Source: a virus
Taxonomy: Duplodnaviria > Caudoviricetes
DNA: 29,403 nt
Reading direction: 5' to 3' (one strand)
Virus record (IMG/VR): IMGVR_UViG_3300020159_003530
Coordinates: 1 to 29,403 of that record
This document shows, one piece after another, positions 1 through 9,231 of this stretch. Position 1 is the stretch's first letter; each line of letters starts with the position of its first letter. The notes beneath the pieces are model-generated. The model saw nothing but the letters and a program-made list of their open reading frames with translations. It did not search any database and was not told the origin of the DNA. Made by a program: the position numbers and the translations under genes.

Positions 1-75
1 ACAACTATCCCTGAAACAACTATCCCTGAAACAACTATCCCTGAAACAACTATCCCTGAAACAACTATCCCTGAG
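1..75 (+). repeat. 15-bp coding tandem repeat ACAACTATCCCTGAA (TTIPE) x5, probably extending left of the window
   Basis: Directly visible; the fifth unit ends in GAG. Confidence 0.95.
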
Positions 76-858
76 CCGCAAGTCACTAGCACCACTGAAG
101 TGATAATTGAAGATGTAACAACGACTACAGAACAAGAAGTACCTACTGCAACAACAATTGAAGCAGGGCCAGAACCCCAGCAGGAAGATCCAAAAATAGA
201 TGAGGAGATAAATGACCCATCCTCGGAAACAACGGTATTTGAACCAGATGCGGTCCAAGAAGTTACAGAAGAAGAGGCAGCGCCGCCGATAGTTGTTGAG
301 CCAACATCCAGCGACGAATTGGTCAATGACATTCTTTCTGGCGAGGCAACAGATGATCAAGTAGATGCATTTCTTGACGATGTCTTTTCCAATGGTGTGA
401 CAGAAGAGGCCATAGAGGATGTAGTTGACATAATTAATACCGGAACGCTAGATCCTGAACAGGTGCAGGAGATTATTGATGAAATACTTGCCGAGGAAAT
501 TAATAGCGACCAAGCTGTCCAGCTCGCAACTAGCCCAGAGCTGCTAGCAAGTATCACATCAGAGCAAGCGGAGGAAATTTTTGCCAGCATTGATACCGGA
601 GACCTTTCTAAAGAAGAGGCATCTCAGATTGTTGCCGCAGTGCAAAACGCAGTTGAATCAGTCCGTAAAGCATTTGAGACTGAAATAAATGTTTTTGGAG
701 GAAAGTTTGACACCTATGTCCCTACTGGGTCGCGTGTGACGGTTGCTGAACGAAGGGTCGTTGTAGCTGCTGGTGCTGTATTATTTATGGCACCTGTTGT
801 TTTAGCGTCATCTACAAATACAACTACTAACAATTCTGCGCCCAACAGAAAGCAGTAA
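1..858 (+). CDS. C-terminal part (5'-truncated) of a large acidic, Thr/Pro/Glu-rich membrane-anchored protein
   Basis: Frame 1 is open from base 1 (TTIPE repeats) into ORF 100..858. Acidic helical region followed by a hydrophobic C-terminal segment VVVAAGAVLFMAPVVLA. Confidence 0.75.
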   Translation, partial: TTIPETTIPETTIPETTIPETTIPEPQVTSTTEVIIEDVTTTTEQEVPTATTIEAGPEPQQEDPKIDEEINDPSSETTVFEPDAVQEVTEEEAAPPIVVEPTSSDELVNDILSGEATDDQVDAFLDDVFSNGVTEEAIEDVVDIINTGTLDPEQVQEIIDEILAEEINSDQAVQLATSPELLASITSEQAEEIFASIDTGDLSKEEASQIVAAVQNAVESVRKAFETEINVFGGKFDTYVPTGSRVTVAERRVVVAAGAVLFMAPVVLASSTNTTTNNSAPNRKQ

Positions 859-865
859 GTAAAAA

Positions 866-1054
866 ATGTTTAAAAAATTAATAGCAAAGCTTACAAGCGA
901 ATTTCACTCGCTTATATGGACAGCGGCTGGAACACTCCTTGTTCTAATCACATTGTCTGGAGATGTACAGAAACTTGCAATCCAAATAAGCGTAGCTGCA
1001 CTCATTCTCCACTTTATAGGCGTTCTAATAAAGCGTGACTCAAATGAATCTTAA
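866..1054 (+). CDS. small two-TM membrane protein
   Basis: 62 aa with two hydrophobic stretches; tightly packed between its neighbours. Confidence 0.7.
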   Translation: MFKKLIAKLTSEFHSLIWTAAGTLLVLITLSGDVQKLAIQISVAALILHFIGVLIKRDSNES

Positions 1055-2462
1055 GAAAATACTTGCAATAACAACCGTCCTTTTTGGTGGGTTATTTGCG
1101 GCCTCACTGTCCGAAGCGCCACGCAACCTCGGCATTGTCAGTGTTGCTAACGCATCTGGAACTGGTGGCCCAATAGTTCTTGACGGAATGGACCCTGTCT
1201 GCCACTCTGGCGGGGAGGGAACGTGGGGGTACATTGCACAGGTTCTAAAGAAAACACATGCCGGAGCAACAAATCAGAACAGTGGCGCAATTGCAGTTCT
1301 TGGTGCTAACGGAGCAACCAACTCATGTGGTGGCAACTGGAACACTCTTCTAACAACAAAGTATCTAGGCCAGTTCACTACGGCTCCAACAGTTAATTTC
1401 TACAACTCAGAAGCTCAGGTTGCTACTTTCTTTTCTACCATAAACACGCTGAAGCCTGCAGTCATATGGATCCCAGATAACTGGAGTCGCTCCTCTGCTG
1501 TAGAAGCAGCCTTCACGTCTAATGCTGAAGTAATTGCCGACTTTGTTAACTCCGGTGGCGGGTTGTTCGCAAACATGGGAACCTACGGGTGGCTGACCGC
1601 GCTTCTCCCAAGCGCTGTGTATAACAGTGGTGGCTGTAACGGTGGCCCAGATGCGACTGCGGATGGAACTGCAGATTTTGGCTTGACGAACACAATGGTC
1701 GCTGCATGTTGGCACGGATTCTTTACAGGTAGTGTTGGAACACTAAAAACTCTTGTTGATTATCCATACCCTTCAGTTTCTTCTACGCGCAAGGCTGTCT
1801 CGATTGGCGGTGGCGCAGTGTCTCTTCCAAGTTCATTTACTCTCGCAATTAGCCCAACGAATCCAAGCGCGGGAACGCCACTAACAATAACTGCTACTGC
1901 TCAAACAATAGCTGGTGTTCCTCAAGCTGGCGTAACAGTCAGCATGACAGTAAGTAGCGGTCCAGATGCTGGTCAGACATTTACAGCTACTACAGACGCT
2001 TCTGGCATTGCGACCATAACTGTTAACACTTCTTCTACTGGAACAAACGTCTATACGGCAACTGCAACCGTTAATGGTGTTTCAAAGACTGTTTCTGCAA
2101 CAGTTGCTTGGAGCCCTGCTCCAACGACCACTACTGAATTAACTACCACCATTGTCGCCCAGACGAGTACCACCTCATCTAGTAGTACAACAACCAGTCA
2201 ACCACCTGCTCCCGTAACAACAGTTCAAGCTATACCTGCTGTTACGTCAACAGAATTAGCAACCACCACAACAGAAACGAAAGTACCAGATCTTGGTATT
2301 TCTTCGTCAACGCAAACAACAGTCCATGATCACTCAAGCCATTCACACGGTTCAACGCTTCCTTCAACAGGATCAAATACTGGTGACCTGGTCTTCTATG
2401 GATTTATTCTCTCGATTGCTGGATTTATCGTCAGTCTCAGATTTGGAGGCAACAAGAAGTGA
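1035..2462 (+). CDS. secreted surface protein with an Ig-like (Big-1-like) domain, Thr-rich stalk and LPXTG-type anchor
   Basis: N-terminal signal peptide; TTDASGIAT Big-1-like motif; S/T/P-rich linker; LPSTG followed by a TM segment and a basic tail (RFGGNKK). Start is GTG 1035 or ATG 1044. Confidence 0.75.
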   Translation: MTQMNLKKILAITTVLFGGLFAASLSEAPRNLGIVSVANASGTGGPIVLDGMDPVCHSGGEGTWGYIAQVLKKTHAGATNQNSGAIAVLGANGATNSCGGNWNTLLTTKYLGQFTTAPTVNFYNSEAQVATFFSTINTLKPAVIWIPDNWSRSSAVEAAFTSNAEVIADFVNSGGGLFANMGTYGWLTALLPSAVYNSGGCNGGPDATADGTADFGLTNTMVAACWHGFFTGSVGTLKTLVDYPYPSVSSTRKAVSIGGGAVSLPSSFTLAISPTNPSAGTPLTITATAQTIAGVPQAGVTVSMTVSSGPDAGQTFTATTDASGIATITVNTSSTGTNVYTATATVNGVSKTVSATVAWSPAPTTTTELTTTIVAQTSTTSSSSTTTSQPPAPVTTVQAIPAVTSTELATTTTETKVPDLGISSSTQTTVHDHSSHSHGSTLPSTGSNTGDLVFYGFILSIAGFIVSLRFGGNKK

Positions 2463-2764
2463 GTAAGAAAAAAGATGTTATTAGCAACATTCTCATGCGT
2501 ATCCTCGCAACTTTTGCTGCTTCAGGCCTCGGCGTAATTGGCGCAGGAGCGATTGCTGGAGTTCCATTATGGAAAGCTATGTTCATGGCGGGCATAGCTG
2601 GCGTCGCAACGGTTGTTGAAGGACTCTCGCGAGCTTTTCTGGACGATGGAAAACTAACGCTTAGCGAGATCAATAATGTCTTCAATAAGTTTGACAAAAA
2701 GGGCGCTGTGGCGGATTCTGAAGTTTCGTCTGTATCTAAAAAGCGCTCAGCAAGTACAGAATAA
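2459..2764 (+). CDS. putative holin
   Basis: Two TM segments and a charged C-terminus; lies immediately upstream of the endolysin. Confidence 0.6.
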   Translation: MSKKKDVISNILMRILATFAASGLGVIGAGAIAGVPLWKAMFMAGIAGVATVVEGLSRAFLDDGKLTLSEINNVFNKFDKKGAVADSEVSSVSKKRSASTE

Positions 2765-2806
2765 AAGCACCACGTACCTAGGAAATCCTTATACATAAAG
2801 CTCTCA

Positions 2807-2816
2807 GGTGTATAAT
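2807..2816 (+). promoter_or_regulatory. extended -10 promoter (TGTATAAT) for the endolysin
   Basis: TATAAT at 2811-2816; AGGAG RBS upstream of ATG 2851. Confidence 0.5.
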
Positions 2817-2850
2817 TGATTATGACATCACACCCAGGAGAGGGAAGAAA

Positions 2851-3609
2851 ATGAAGTACCCATACATTAAGCTAGCGCTCCCCAAAGCTCTCGAGAAGAT
2901 TGAGAATGGCAAGCTAACTGACGCAATGCTTGACAAGGCTCTTACAGGCGGAAGAATGTATAAGCCTGTTGCTGTTCATTTCAATGCGATGTACAAAGCA
3001 GCAGAAGCTGCTGGCTTTAAGCTAAAGAATGTCGGAGACTTCCGTCCATTTGCCGATCAGATGGCCCTATTCCGTGATAGATACGATGACAAGCCAACTG
3101 GGCGCAAGCCAGAGGTAACTCGTGACTACGAAGGAAAGAAGTTTTACTTAAAGGTTGGAAAAGCGCCAAGCTCCACACCTGGTCGTAGTAATCATGGTCT
3201 CGGTCTGGCAATTGACCTTGGTTATGACGTGAAGGGCAAACTCACATCTATGGGTGGAGAGTGCTTTGAATGGATGTGCGAGAACGCTCCCAAGTATGGT
3301 TTCTACCTCCAAGGCAATGATCCCAAGTCTCCTGAATTTGAGGCTTGGCATTGGCAGTACTGTCTTGGTGACCAACAGCCCCCATATCTCGCTGGAGGCG
3401 CTGCAGCTCCTTCTATGCCCTTCCCTGGCAATCTAACGGAAGGCGCGACTGGAGACGCTGTGAAGGCCGTTCAGGAGAAGCTCGGGATTGCTCCAGCCGA
3501 TGGGAACTTTGGCCCCTCAACGACGGCTGCAGTAAAGGCTTTCAAGGCCAAAAATGGCTTGAAGGAAGACGGAGTAGTTGGATCTAAAGTTTGGGATCTA
3601 CTTTTCTGA
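2851..3609 (+). CDS. endolysin: M15/VanY-type Zn peptidase plus C-terminal peptidoglycan-binding domain
   Basis: SNHGLGLAID (SxHxxGxAxD) and EAWH Zn motifs; C-terminal G.FGP.T..AVKAF...NGL..DGVVG PG_binding_1 pattern. Confidence 0.88.
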   Translation: MKYPYIKLALPKALEKIENGKLTDAMLDKALTGGRMYKPVAVHFNAMYKAAEAAGFKLKNVGDFRPFADQMALFRDRYDDKPTGRKPEVTRDYEGKKFYLKVGKAPSSTPGRSNHGLGLAIDLGYDVKGKLTSMGGECFEWMCENAPKYGFYLQGNDPKSPEFEAWHWQYCLGDQQPPYLAGGAAAPSMPFPGNLTEGATGDAVKAVQEKLGIAPADGNFGPSTTAAVKAFKAKNGLKEDGVVGSKVWDLLF

Positions 3610-3658
3610 TTTAGAGGGTCGTACCTAAATATTCAGATTTATCCAGTAATCTTCCAAT

Positions 3659-3997
3659 ATGGATGTTGAAATGACGTGGCACAACGACGGCCACAAAATG
3701 TCGTTAGTTCTTGATAAGGCTGAAATTGTCATAGGCAGCGTTAGTTGTCCACATACGCAAGATGAAAACGCTCCGTGCGCTGGGATCGCAAAAGGCCAGT
3801 GCGTAGTTGAGTATTTCTTGAATCGCTACGGGTTTGACTGCAATGTTGGTGTTGCGCCAGTTTCCTCAGAGATGGAAATTGCCTGGACTCTCATTGGTGA
3901 GCCAAGGTATGACGTTGAACTCTGCCAAGTGTGGGTAATCCCAGTGGCTGACGAGTTCTTTGCAGCTTGGCTGGTAAGCCAAGGCTCTCAATCCTAA
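3659..3997 (+). CDS. hypothetical Cys-containing protein, probably leaderless
   Basis: 112-aa ORF; TAATCT -10 box sits 6 nt before the ATG. Confidence 0.7.
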   Translation: MDVEMTWHNDGHKMSLVLDKAEIVIGSVSCPHTQDENAPCAGIAKGQCVVEYFLNRYGFDCNVGVAPVSSEMEIAWTLIGEPRYDVELCQVWVIPVADEFFAAWLVSQGSQS

Positions 3998-4464
3998 AAA
4001 GGATCCTCTTCTTCAGTGATATCTTTTGGTGTTTGGGGCTCTAGCATGCGCTGCGCGTGTAGAGCGTAAATAAGGCGACTGATATCAGGATGCTCAAGAG
4101 CGCGGTTTTTGTTAATTTGATATTTGTTGCGCCCTTTCACTTTTGTCTTTGCTATGAGTTCAGAATCAACAAGCGTCTTGACGGCTTTGTGGATATTTGA
4201 TTCAGTCACGCCAAGATACACAGAAAGCGCCCTTTGAGTAATTTCTGGATCCTCAAGCATCGCTACCAAAACCCTGCCGGCTGGTGTTATCAGTGAGATT
4301 TCGTCCTTCGCTGAGTACATGATCATCCGCTGGGAGTTGAGTGTTTTGAGCACTGTTTCCACAACATCACTTGACGAACTGCCAGATTCCAAGGCGGCTC
4401 TTATTGATTGCTCAAGCGGTTCCCGTAAAACGTGCTCACGGTGGCCTCGTTTATTTTCATCCAT
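3994..4464 (-). CDS. winged-helix (MarR/AsnC-like) DNA-binding protein
   Basis: PEITQRALSVYLGVTESNIHKAVKTLVDSELI HTH followed by a wing (KVKGRNKY). Confidence 0.8.
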   Translation of the reverse strand: MDENKRGHREHVLREPLEQSIRAALESGSSSSDVVETVLKTLNSQRMIMYSAKDEISLITPAGRVLVAMLEDPEITQRALSVYLGVTESNIHKAVKTLVDSELIAKTKVKGRNKYQINKNRALEHPDISRLIYALHAQRMLEPQTPKDITEEEDPF

Positions 4465-4573
4465 TTACAACCTCACTACAAAGACAGTAGCAAAAACTTA
4501 TTGAGTATACTTGCATACACGACATGTTGTGGTGCAGAATTTACGACAGCACAAGATCCGGGGAGGGCCACAA

Positions 4574-4822
4574 TTGAGCGAGCTTAAAAATCGGCTTGAA
4601 GCTTTAATGAATAAAAAGCCAAAACCATGTCCTGTAATTCAGATGATGGATGAATGGGATCAGGAAACAAAGGACGCTTTTAATAGTGTTCTTTCTTCAA
4701 AGGCTAAGACAACGGATATTCATAGAGAGCTCGCATCTGCTGGTTTCAGAATCGGCAGAGACACACTCTCCTACCATAGGAACGGATTCTGTAGATGTGG
4801 AGCATACAATGACGCACAATAA
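4574..4822 (+). CDS. small HTH-like/Zn-binding phage protein
   Basis: TTG start after a GGGAGG RBS; C-terminal HR..CRC; overlaps the next gene, an arrangement common in actinophages. Confidence 0.65.
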   Translation: MSELKNRLEALMNKKPKPCPVIQMMDEWDQETKDAFNSVLSSKAKTTDIHRELASAGFRIGRDTLSYHRNGFCRCGAYNDAQ

Positions 4823-6056
4823 TAAGTCCAATGACTTGATCGCACGACTAGCTGCTGTTGAAAACAAAGCTGAGCATGAAGATGCGGTCAAAGACAAGAA
4901 GTACCCTGCTGGCTGGGAGCCAGGAGTTGTATGGGATGGTAATAAGGGTTTTATTACAACAGACACGGTTTTTGAAACGCCCAAGGATTGGTCTGACCTA
5001 CTAGCAATGCGAGGCCTTGATCCAGAAGCCTACGAAGTTGTTGGTGATAGCATCAAATGGTGCTCATATGATGGGTGGAAGCGCGACGAGCCAGGCCAGC
5101 CGGCCTATTCAGCTATCTGTTACTCATATAAAGCTGAGATTCGCCTCAGAAAACGCGATGTTTCGTTTATTCCAGAAGAGTTATATCGCGAGGTAAAAAA
5201 GGCCAAAAAGAAGGAAAAGCGACCACAGTCAGGAGAGTCCACTTTTGTAGTTGCTCTGTCTGACTGGCAGACGGGAAACCGTGACGGTGGTGGGGTTGCA
5301 AAACAGGTTGAAAAGATTGCTGCTTTGCCAGAATTGATTCCGGACAGAATTGCAGATCTACGTAGGGCTGGAAACGATATTGGCCATATTGTTATTGCCG
5401 GCCTTGGCGACCTCCTTGAAGGAACGTGCGGACACTATCCTGCGCAACAGTTCAGAATAGAACTTGACAGGCGCGAGCAATTGAAGCTTGTCCGCCGCGC
5501 CATTAGAGATATTGTCATGGCCGTGGCTCCGCTTTCCGACAAAGTTACAGTAACTGCAGTCGGAGGAAACCACGGCGAAAACCGTGGACTCAGTGGTAAA
5601 GCATTCACAACTACTGGAGACAATGACGATGTTGCGGTATTTGAGCAAGTTGCCGAGATACTCGCAGCCAATCCTGATGTCTACGGGCACGTCGGGTTCA
5701 GGCTTCCGTTGGAAAGATTGACAGTATCGCTCAATCTCTCTGGCCATATTGTTGCTTTTACCCATGGACATCTGTCAAAAGCCGGCCCGAACGCTGCTCA
5801 AGCGGTCTGGAACTGGTGGAAAGATCAGTCCCATGGCCGTGCGCATGCTGGTGTTGCCGATGCCGACATCCTTGTGACTGGCCATTATCACCACCTGAAT
5901 GTAAAGGAACAGGAAGGGCGCGCAGTGTTTATCTGCCCGAGCCTTACCCAAGTTGGTGAATATTTCCAAGATTCGTATGGAGTTAAAACCCGTGAGGGCA
6001 CTCTTTCTTTCGTGATATCACCGGAGGGCTGGGGTGAGCTCCATCTCATTAACTGA
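4809..6056 (+). CDS. calcineurin-like metallophosphoesterase (Mre11/PolD small-subunit-like nuclease)
   Basis: SDWQ, GDLLEG, GNHG, HGH and GHYH motifs in the canonical order; ATG 4809 after GGAG. Confidence 0.88.
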   Translation: MTHNNKSNDLIARLAAVENKAEHEDAVKDKKYPAGWEPGVVWDGNKGFITTDTVFETPKDWSDLLAMRGLDPEAYEVVGDSIKWCSYDGWKRDEPGQPAYSAICYSYKAEIRLRKRDVSFIPEELYREVKKAKKKEKRPQSGESTFVVALSDWQTGNRDGGGVAKQVEKIAALPELIPDRIADLRRAGNDIGHIVIAGLGDLLEGTCGHYPAQQFRIELDRREQLKLVRRAIRDIVMAVAPLSDKVTVTAVGGNHGENRGLSGKAFTTTGDNDDVAVFEQVAEILAANPDVYGHVGFRLPLERLTVSLNLSGHIVAFTHGHLSKAGPNAAQAVWNWWKDQSHGRAHAGVADADILVTGHYHHLNVKEQEGRAVFICPSLTQVGEYFQDSYGVKTREGTLSFVISPEGWGELHLIN

Positions 6057-6423
6057 AAAAATCCAAGAAATAACTAAGAGAATCTCTCCTAGTTATGGCC
6101 AGTCAATAGATGTTGATGAAGGCTGGCACTCAATAGTTGTCTCATGCTACGAAAAGCTGTGTGAGATAGATCCATATCACTCAATATTTCAAATTAAAGA
6201 AAAGTTTGGTGGCTTTAGGTATTACTTCAGCACAACAGTTGAAGGCGATGCCTTGGGTCGGATGAGCAGAATTGTTGCCGAGCACGAAGAGATGGCATCT
6301 AAAACATGCGAACTAACAGGAAAGCCTGGGTTCCTTATGCAAAAAGGATTCCGATACAAGACCCTCTGTGAAGAATATCTTGCTGATGGGTGGAAGATGA
6401 CTAGGAGCCCACATGAAAAATGA
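6034..6423 (+). CDS. conserved phage hypothetical protein
   Basis: GW...QIKEKFGGFRYY...CE..G.PG pattern that I recognise from a widespread phage family. Confidence 0.75.
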   Translation: MSSISLTEKIQEITKRISPSYGQSIDVDEGWHSIVVSCYEKLCEIDPYHSIFQIKEKFGGFRYYFSTTVEGDALGRMSRIVAEHEEMASKTCELTGKPGFLMQKGFRYKTLCEEYLADGWKMTRSPHEK

Positions 6424-6748
6424 AGATAGTCCTGATTACATCAGCGATCTAGAAGCCGTTGAAATAAGCCTAGAGATGTTTACCAAACTCCTAGATACTG
6501 GGCAGGCCGAAGTACACCCAGAGGCAATTTTTTTCAAACAGACTCTACAACAGATAGCTCTACTTAAATCTCAACTAAATCTATCTCGTTCTTTTAGTGC
6601 AAAGGCGTATGTGGCCTTGCGCGACGTCATTGCCGGCGGATGCCGAGACTGGCCACAACAAATAGAACTCCTTGATGTCATATACCTCAATGGACTACTA
6701 GCTGAATATGAAGCCTCATTTCAGTCCAAGTCGGAGGATCCTTCATGA
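6413..6748 (+). CDS. hypothetical protein
   Basis: AGGAG RBS; overlaps both neighbours. Confidence 0.7.
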   Translation: MKNEDSPDYISDLEAVEISLEMFTKLLDTGQAEVHPEAIFFKQTLQQIALLKSQLNLSRSFSAKAYVALRDVIAGGCRDWPQQIELLDVIYLNGLLAEYEASFQSKSEDPS

Positions 6749-7377
6749 CAACAATCGTAGGAATGCAGGGAGACGGCTACGCCGTAGTAACGACAGATAG
6801 CCGGATTAGTTCTGTGGATGAGTCGGGTTTTGCGTACCAGATCACAACATTAGGTACAGGCAGCTCAAAAGTGGCTACAAATGGCAAGTATCTCCTAGGG
6901 GCTGCAGGCGATGTCCGAGCAATCAACATCCTGCACTATGTATTCACGCCTCCGACGCCCGCGCCTTCATTGAAAGGGAAGAAGCTGGACGCCTTTATAA
7001 CATCCAAGTTCGTACCTGCATTAAGGGGATGCTTTGAAGAACAAGGATACGCATTACCAGAGAGAGACTCAAGCCACCATATGGCTGAACACGACTCAAC
7101 TATTCTGGTGGTTATCAATGGAGTGATTTACATTATTGAAGGGGACTACTCCTGGACTTCTGACAGTGCTGGTCATTACGCAATTGGCACTGGCGCTCCT
7201 TATGCCCTAGGAGCCTTACAGGTACTGAGGGGAGATAAGAAATGCACACCCCAGCAATCCAAAACCATTGCCCTGAAAGCCCTAGCGGTAACAGCCAAAT
7301 TTGACCCTCACACTGGCCCTCCGTTTAATACATTCGTACAAGAGCATGTGACAAGGTCTAATGGTGGAAGAAACTAA
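6745..7377 (+). CDS. proteasome-beta/HslV-like Ntn-hydrolase threonine peptidase
   Basis: M-TTIVG start (Thr1), DSR, K, GAAGD, YAIGTGAPYALGAL and DPHTG motifs. Confidence 0.82.
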   Translation: MTTIVGMQGDGYAVVTTDSRISSVDESGFAYQITTLGTGSSKVATNGKYLLGAAGDVRAINILHYVFTPPTPAPSLKGKKLDAFITSKFVPALRGCFEEQGYALPERDSSHHMAEHDSTILVVINGVIYIIEGDYSWTSDSAGHYAIGTGAPYALGALQVLRGDKKCTPQQSKTIALKALAVTAKFDPHTGPPFNTFVQEHVTRSNGGRN

Positions 7378-7717
7378 CAAGAGTAATTTAACCGAAATAG
7401 AACAGCCCAGTGGGCCTTCAGAAGAAGATATACAACGTTTGGGTTGGATGGCATTCGCTAACTGCAGGAACAGAACGACTGAGATGTTTCCCCAGAGTCA
7501 TAAGGACATCTCTTATATTCTCAATGCGCGAGCAATATGTTCAGAATGCTCAGTCAGTAAGCAATGCCTTGAGTACGCACTAGAGTTTCCAGCAGCTGAC
7601 ATGCATGGAGTGTGGGCTGGGTATACCAGTAGACAGTTGTCTGCGGAACAAAAGAGAAGAGGAGTCGGGCCAATTAGGCCGACCCTTGCTCAAATGTGGG
7701 GAATGAAGACTAAATAG
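7361..7717 (+). CDS. whiB: WhiB-family Fe-S transcription factor
   Basis: W...ANC, CSEC..C and GVWAG motifs. Confidence 0.88.
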   Translation: MVEETNKSNLTEIEQPSGPSEEDIQRLGWMAFANCRNRTTEMFPQSHKDISYILNARAICSECSVSKQCLEYALEFPAADMHGVWAGYTSRQLSAEQKRRGVGPIRPTLAQMWGMKTK

Positions 7718-8189
7718 AGCAGACTGAGAACTTCACCTGCGAGCAATGCCCATTCAGGATGAACATCACATCCTGCCAGCGAAGTCCACCAATGCCACAT
7801 CCAATGCGAGGCATAGCGATGTGATCAATACCGTTATCCAGTGCGTGCTCAACCATGCGCCCGACGGCAATATCAACAGCTGTCAGAGATCCGTGAGGAC
7901 CAGGCTGCACTTGAGTCGCAAGGTTATAGATGACATAAGGTGCGCCGGCCCTAGAGGTAGTAACAGGAAAGCAACCACCGATACGGAGCTTACGAGTCTC
8001 ACAAGCGTTGCGGTAAGCGGATTCAACCATCGGGTATTTCTGGGCGATTTGGAGAGCGATTCCACCACCCATCAGGCCCATGATGTTCACGCCGTGAGCA
8101 AGAGCTGGGGCATGAAACTCAAGGGCGTCTGTTTTGAAGTATTCGTTCAGGTTGGGGTGAATGGTGCGGAGAGTAGGGTCAATTAACAT
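7710..8189 (-). CDS. macro domain (ADP-ribose glycohydrolase, Poa1p/TARG1/DarG-like)
   Basis: HGVN..GLMGGGIA..IAQKYP, IYNLATQ and IAMPRIGCGIGGLRW motifs. Confidence 0.9.
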   Translation of the reverse strand: MLIDPTLRTIHPNLNEYFKTDALEFHAPALAHGVNIMGLMGGGIALQIAQKYPMVESAYRNACETRKLRIGGCFPVTTSRAGAPYVIYNLATQVQPGPHGSLTAVDIAVGRMVEHALDNGIDHIAMPRIGCGIGGLRWQDVMFILNGHCSQVKFSVCSI

Positions 8190-8243
8190 TACATTGAGGA
8201 TATCAGAGCGACATTTGCAACGCCATGGGTAAAGAAGGCGAAA

Positions 8244-8588
8244 TTAGTACGCCCGGACGCGGCATTTTCTACAAAAGCCTTGATTTTGTAGTTGCACGAT
8301 CTCTGGTTCGCAGTCAGTTTGCCCGCAAGGGTTCATTAGTTTTTCGCCGGCGAAGTAGGCCCTGAGCTGCGATGCGACATCAGGCATTGGCGCTTGTGGT
8401 GGTGGCGCTGGTGGCAAGCCCTTCTGTGCCTCTACGGCCTCCTTGAGTAGCCATAGGATCCACTGGTTGACGCCAGTCTTCTCTTTGCGACAGATGTCTA
8501 CGATCTCGTTCTTTAGCCAGCCGGGTAGGTTGACAACGATGTGGTAGGTCGCGTCGGGTTTACGGGCTTTCTGGGCTTTGCGCGGCAT
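8244..8588 (-). CDS. ribbon-helix-helix-like protein with a C-terminal Cys4 motif
   Basis: VVNLPGWLKNEIVDIC....VNQWI..LLKEAV; CGQTDC...CRKC. Confidence 0.6.
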   Translation of the reverse strand: MPRKAQKARKPDATYHIVVNLPGWLKNEIVDICRKEKTGVNQWILWLLKEAVEAQKGLPPAPPPQAPMPDVASQLRAYFAGEKLMNPCGQTDCEPEIVQLQNQGFCRKCRVRAY

Positions 8589-8745
8589 CCCTTGAGATTA
8601 GCGTGAGTAGGTACTCTGTGATGGTCATATCGTAACCGTCGGCCAACTCTAGTATTAAATTCTTAGTAGCTCCATCAACGCGTATTGTTATAGAGCTCAT
8701 TTTATTCTCAGTGTATTTTGGGGGTCGTCCCATTCTATTTTGCAT
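8560..8745 (-). CDS. ribbon-helix-helix DNA-binding protein
   Basis: MGRPPK...SITIRVD...K..I..LA....MTITEYL; start is 8745 or 8733. Confidence 0.7.
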   Translation of the reverse strand: MQNRMGRPPKYTENKMSSITIRVDGATKNLILELADGYDMTITEYLLTLISRDAAQSPESP

Positions 8746-8757
8746 GACTCAGTCGTT

Positions 8758-9231
8758 TCATTCCGAGGGTGGCTTAATCGCGAGTACTGTCCGAAGCCAC
8801 TCTTCCGCCACCGTGTTGTAGACTTCTATGAATGCTTGACGATCCCCATTGGTGTGCATTGAATAACTGGCCGTGCCCCCTAGACGGCGTATTACCTCCT
8901 TCGTACATGGATGAAGGTTTACCTCCACATATTGTCCGTTGGATGCAGCTTGAGCGACACTTTGAAAAGAAGCCCAAGCCTCGAGAGCTGAAGGACTTGC
9001 GGATTGGTTGCTCAGGATTGAATGCCGACGAACTGCGCCTGGATTCGGCATGTAGGTGTCGGTCACAAGCAAAGCGTCTACAGCCTGGTTGACTTGGTCT
9101 GCGGTCAGGTCGTTTAATGGCCTCCACCATGCTTTCAAGAGCCTCTGACGCTCCTCGCGCACTGTAGGGACCTTCTGGTTCCATGAAATGAATACGCGCT
9201 CTACAATCTCTTCAAGCTCGGCCTTGGTCAT
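8758..9231 (-). CDS. replicative helicase loader/inhibitor-like (G39P-like) protein
   Basis: AWWRPLNDL...V..AV...YMPNPGAVR and ALEAW...FIEVY pattern; coupled to the upstream gene via TAATG. Confidence 0.6.
   Translation of the reverse strand: MTKAELEEIVERVFISWNQKVPTVREERQRLLKAWWRPLNDLTADQVNQAVDALLVTDTYMPNPGAVRRHSILSNQSASPSALEAWASFQSVAQAASNGQYVEVNLHPCTKEVIRRLGGTASYSMHTNGDRQAFIEVYNTVAEEWLRTVLAIKPPSE

Noticed and set aside
5282-5295. Reverse-orientation partial 14-mer TGACGGTGGTGGGG
   Set aside because: Partial match explained by the Asp-Gly-Gly-Gly codons; no partner box.
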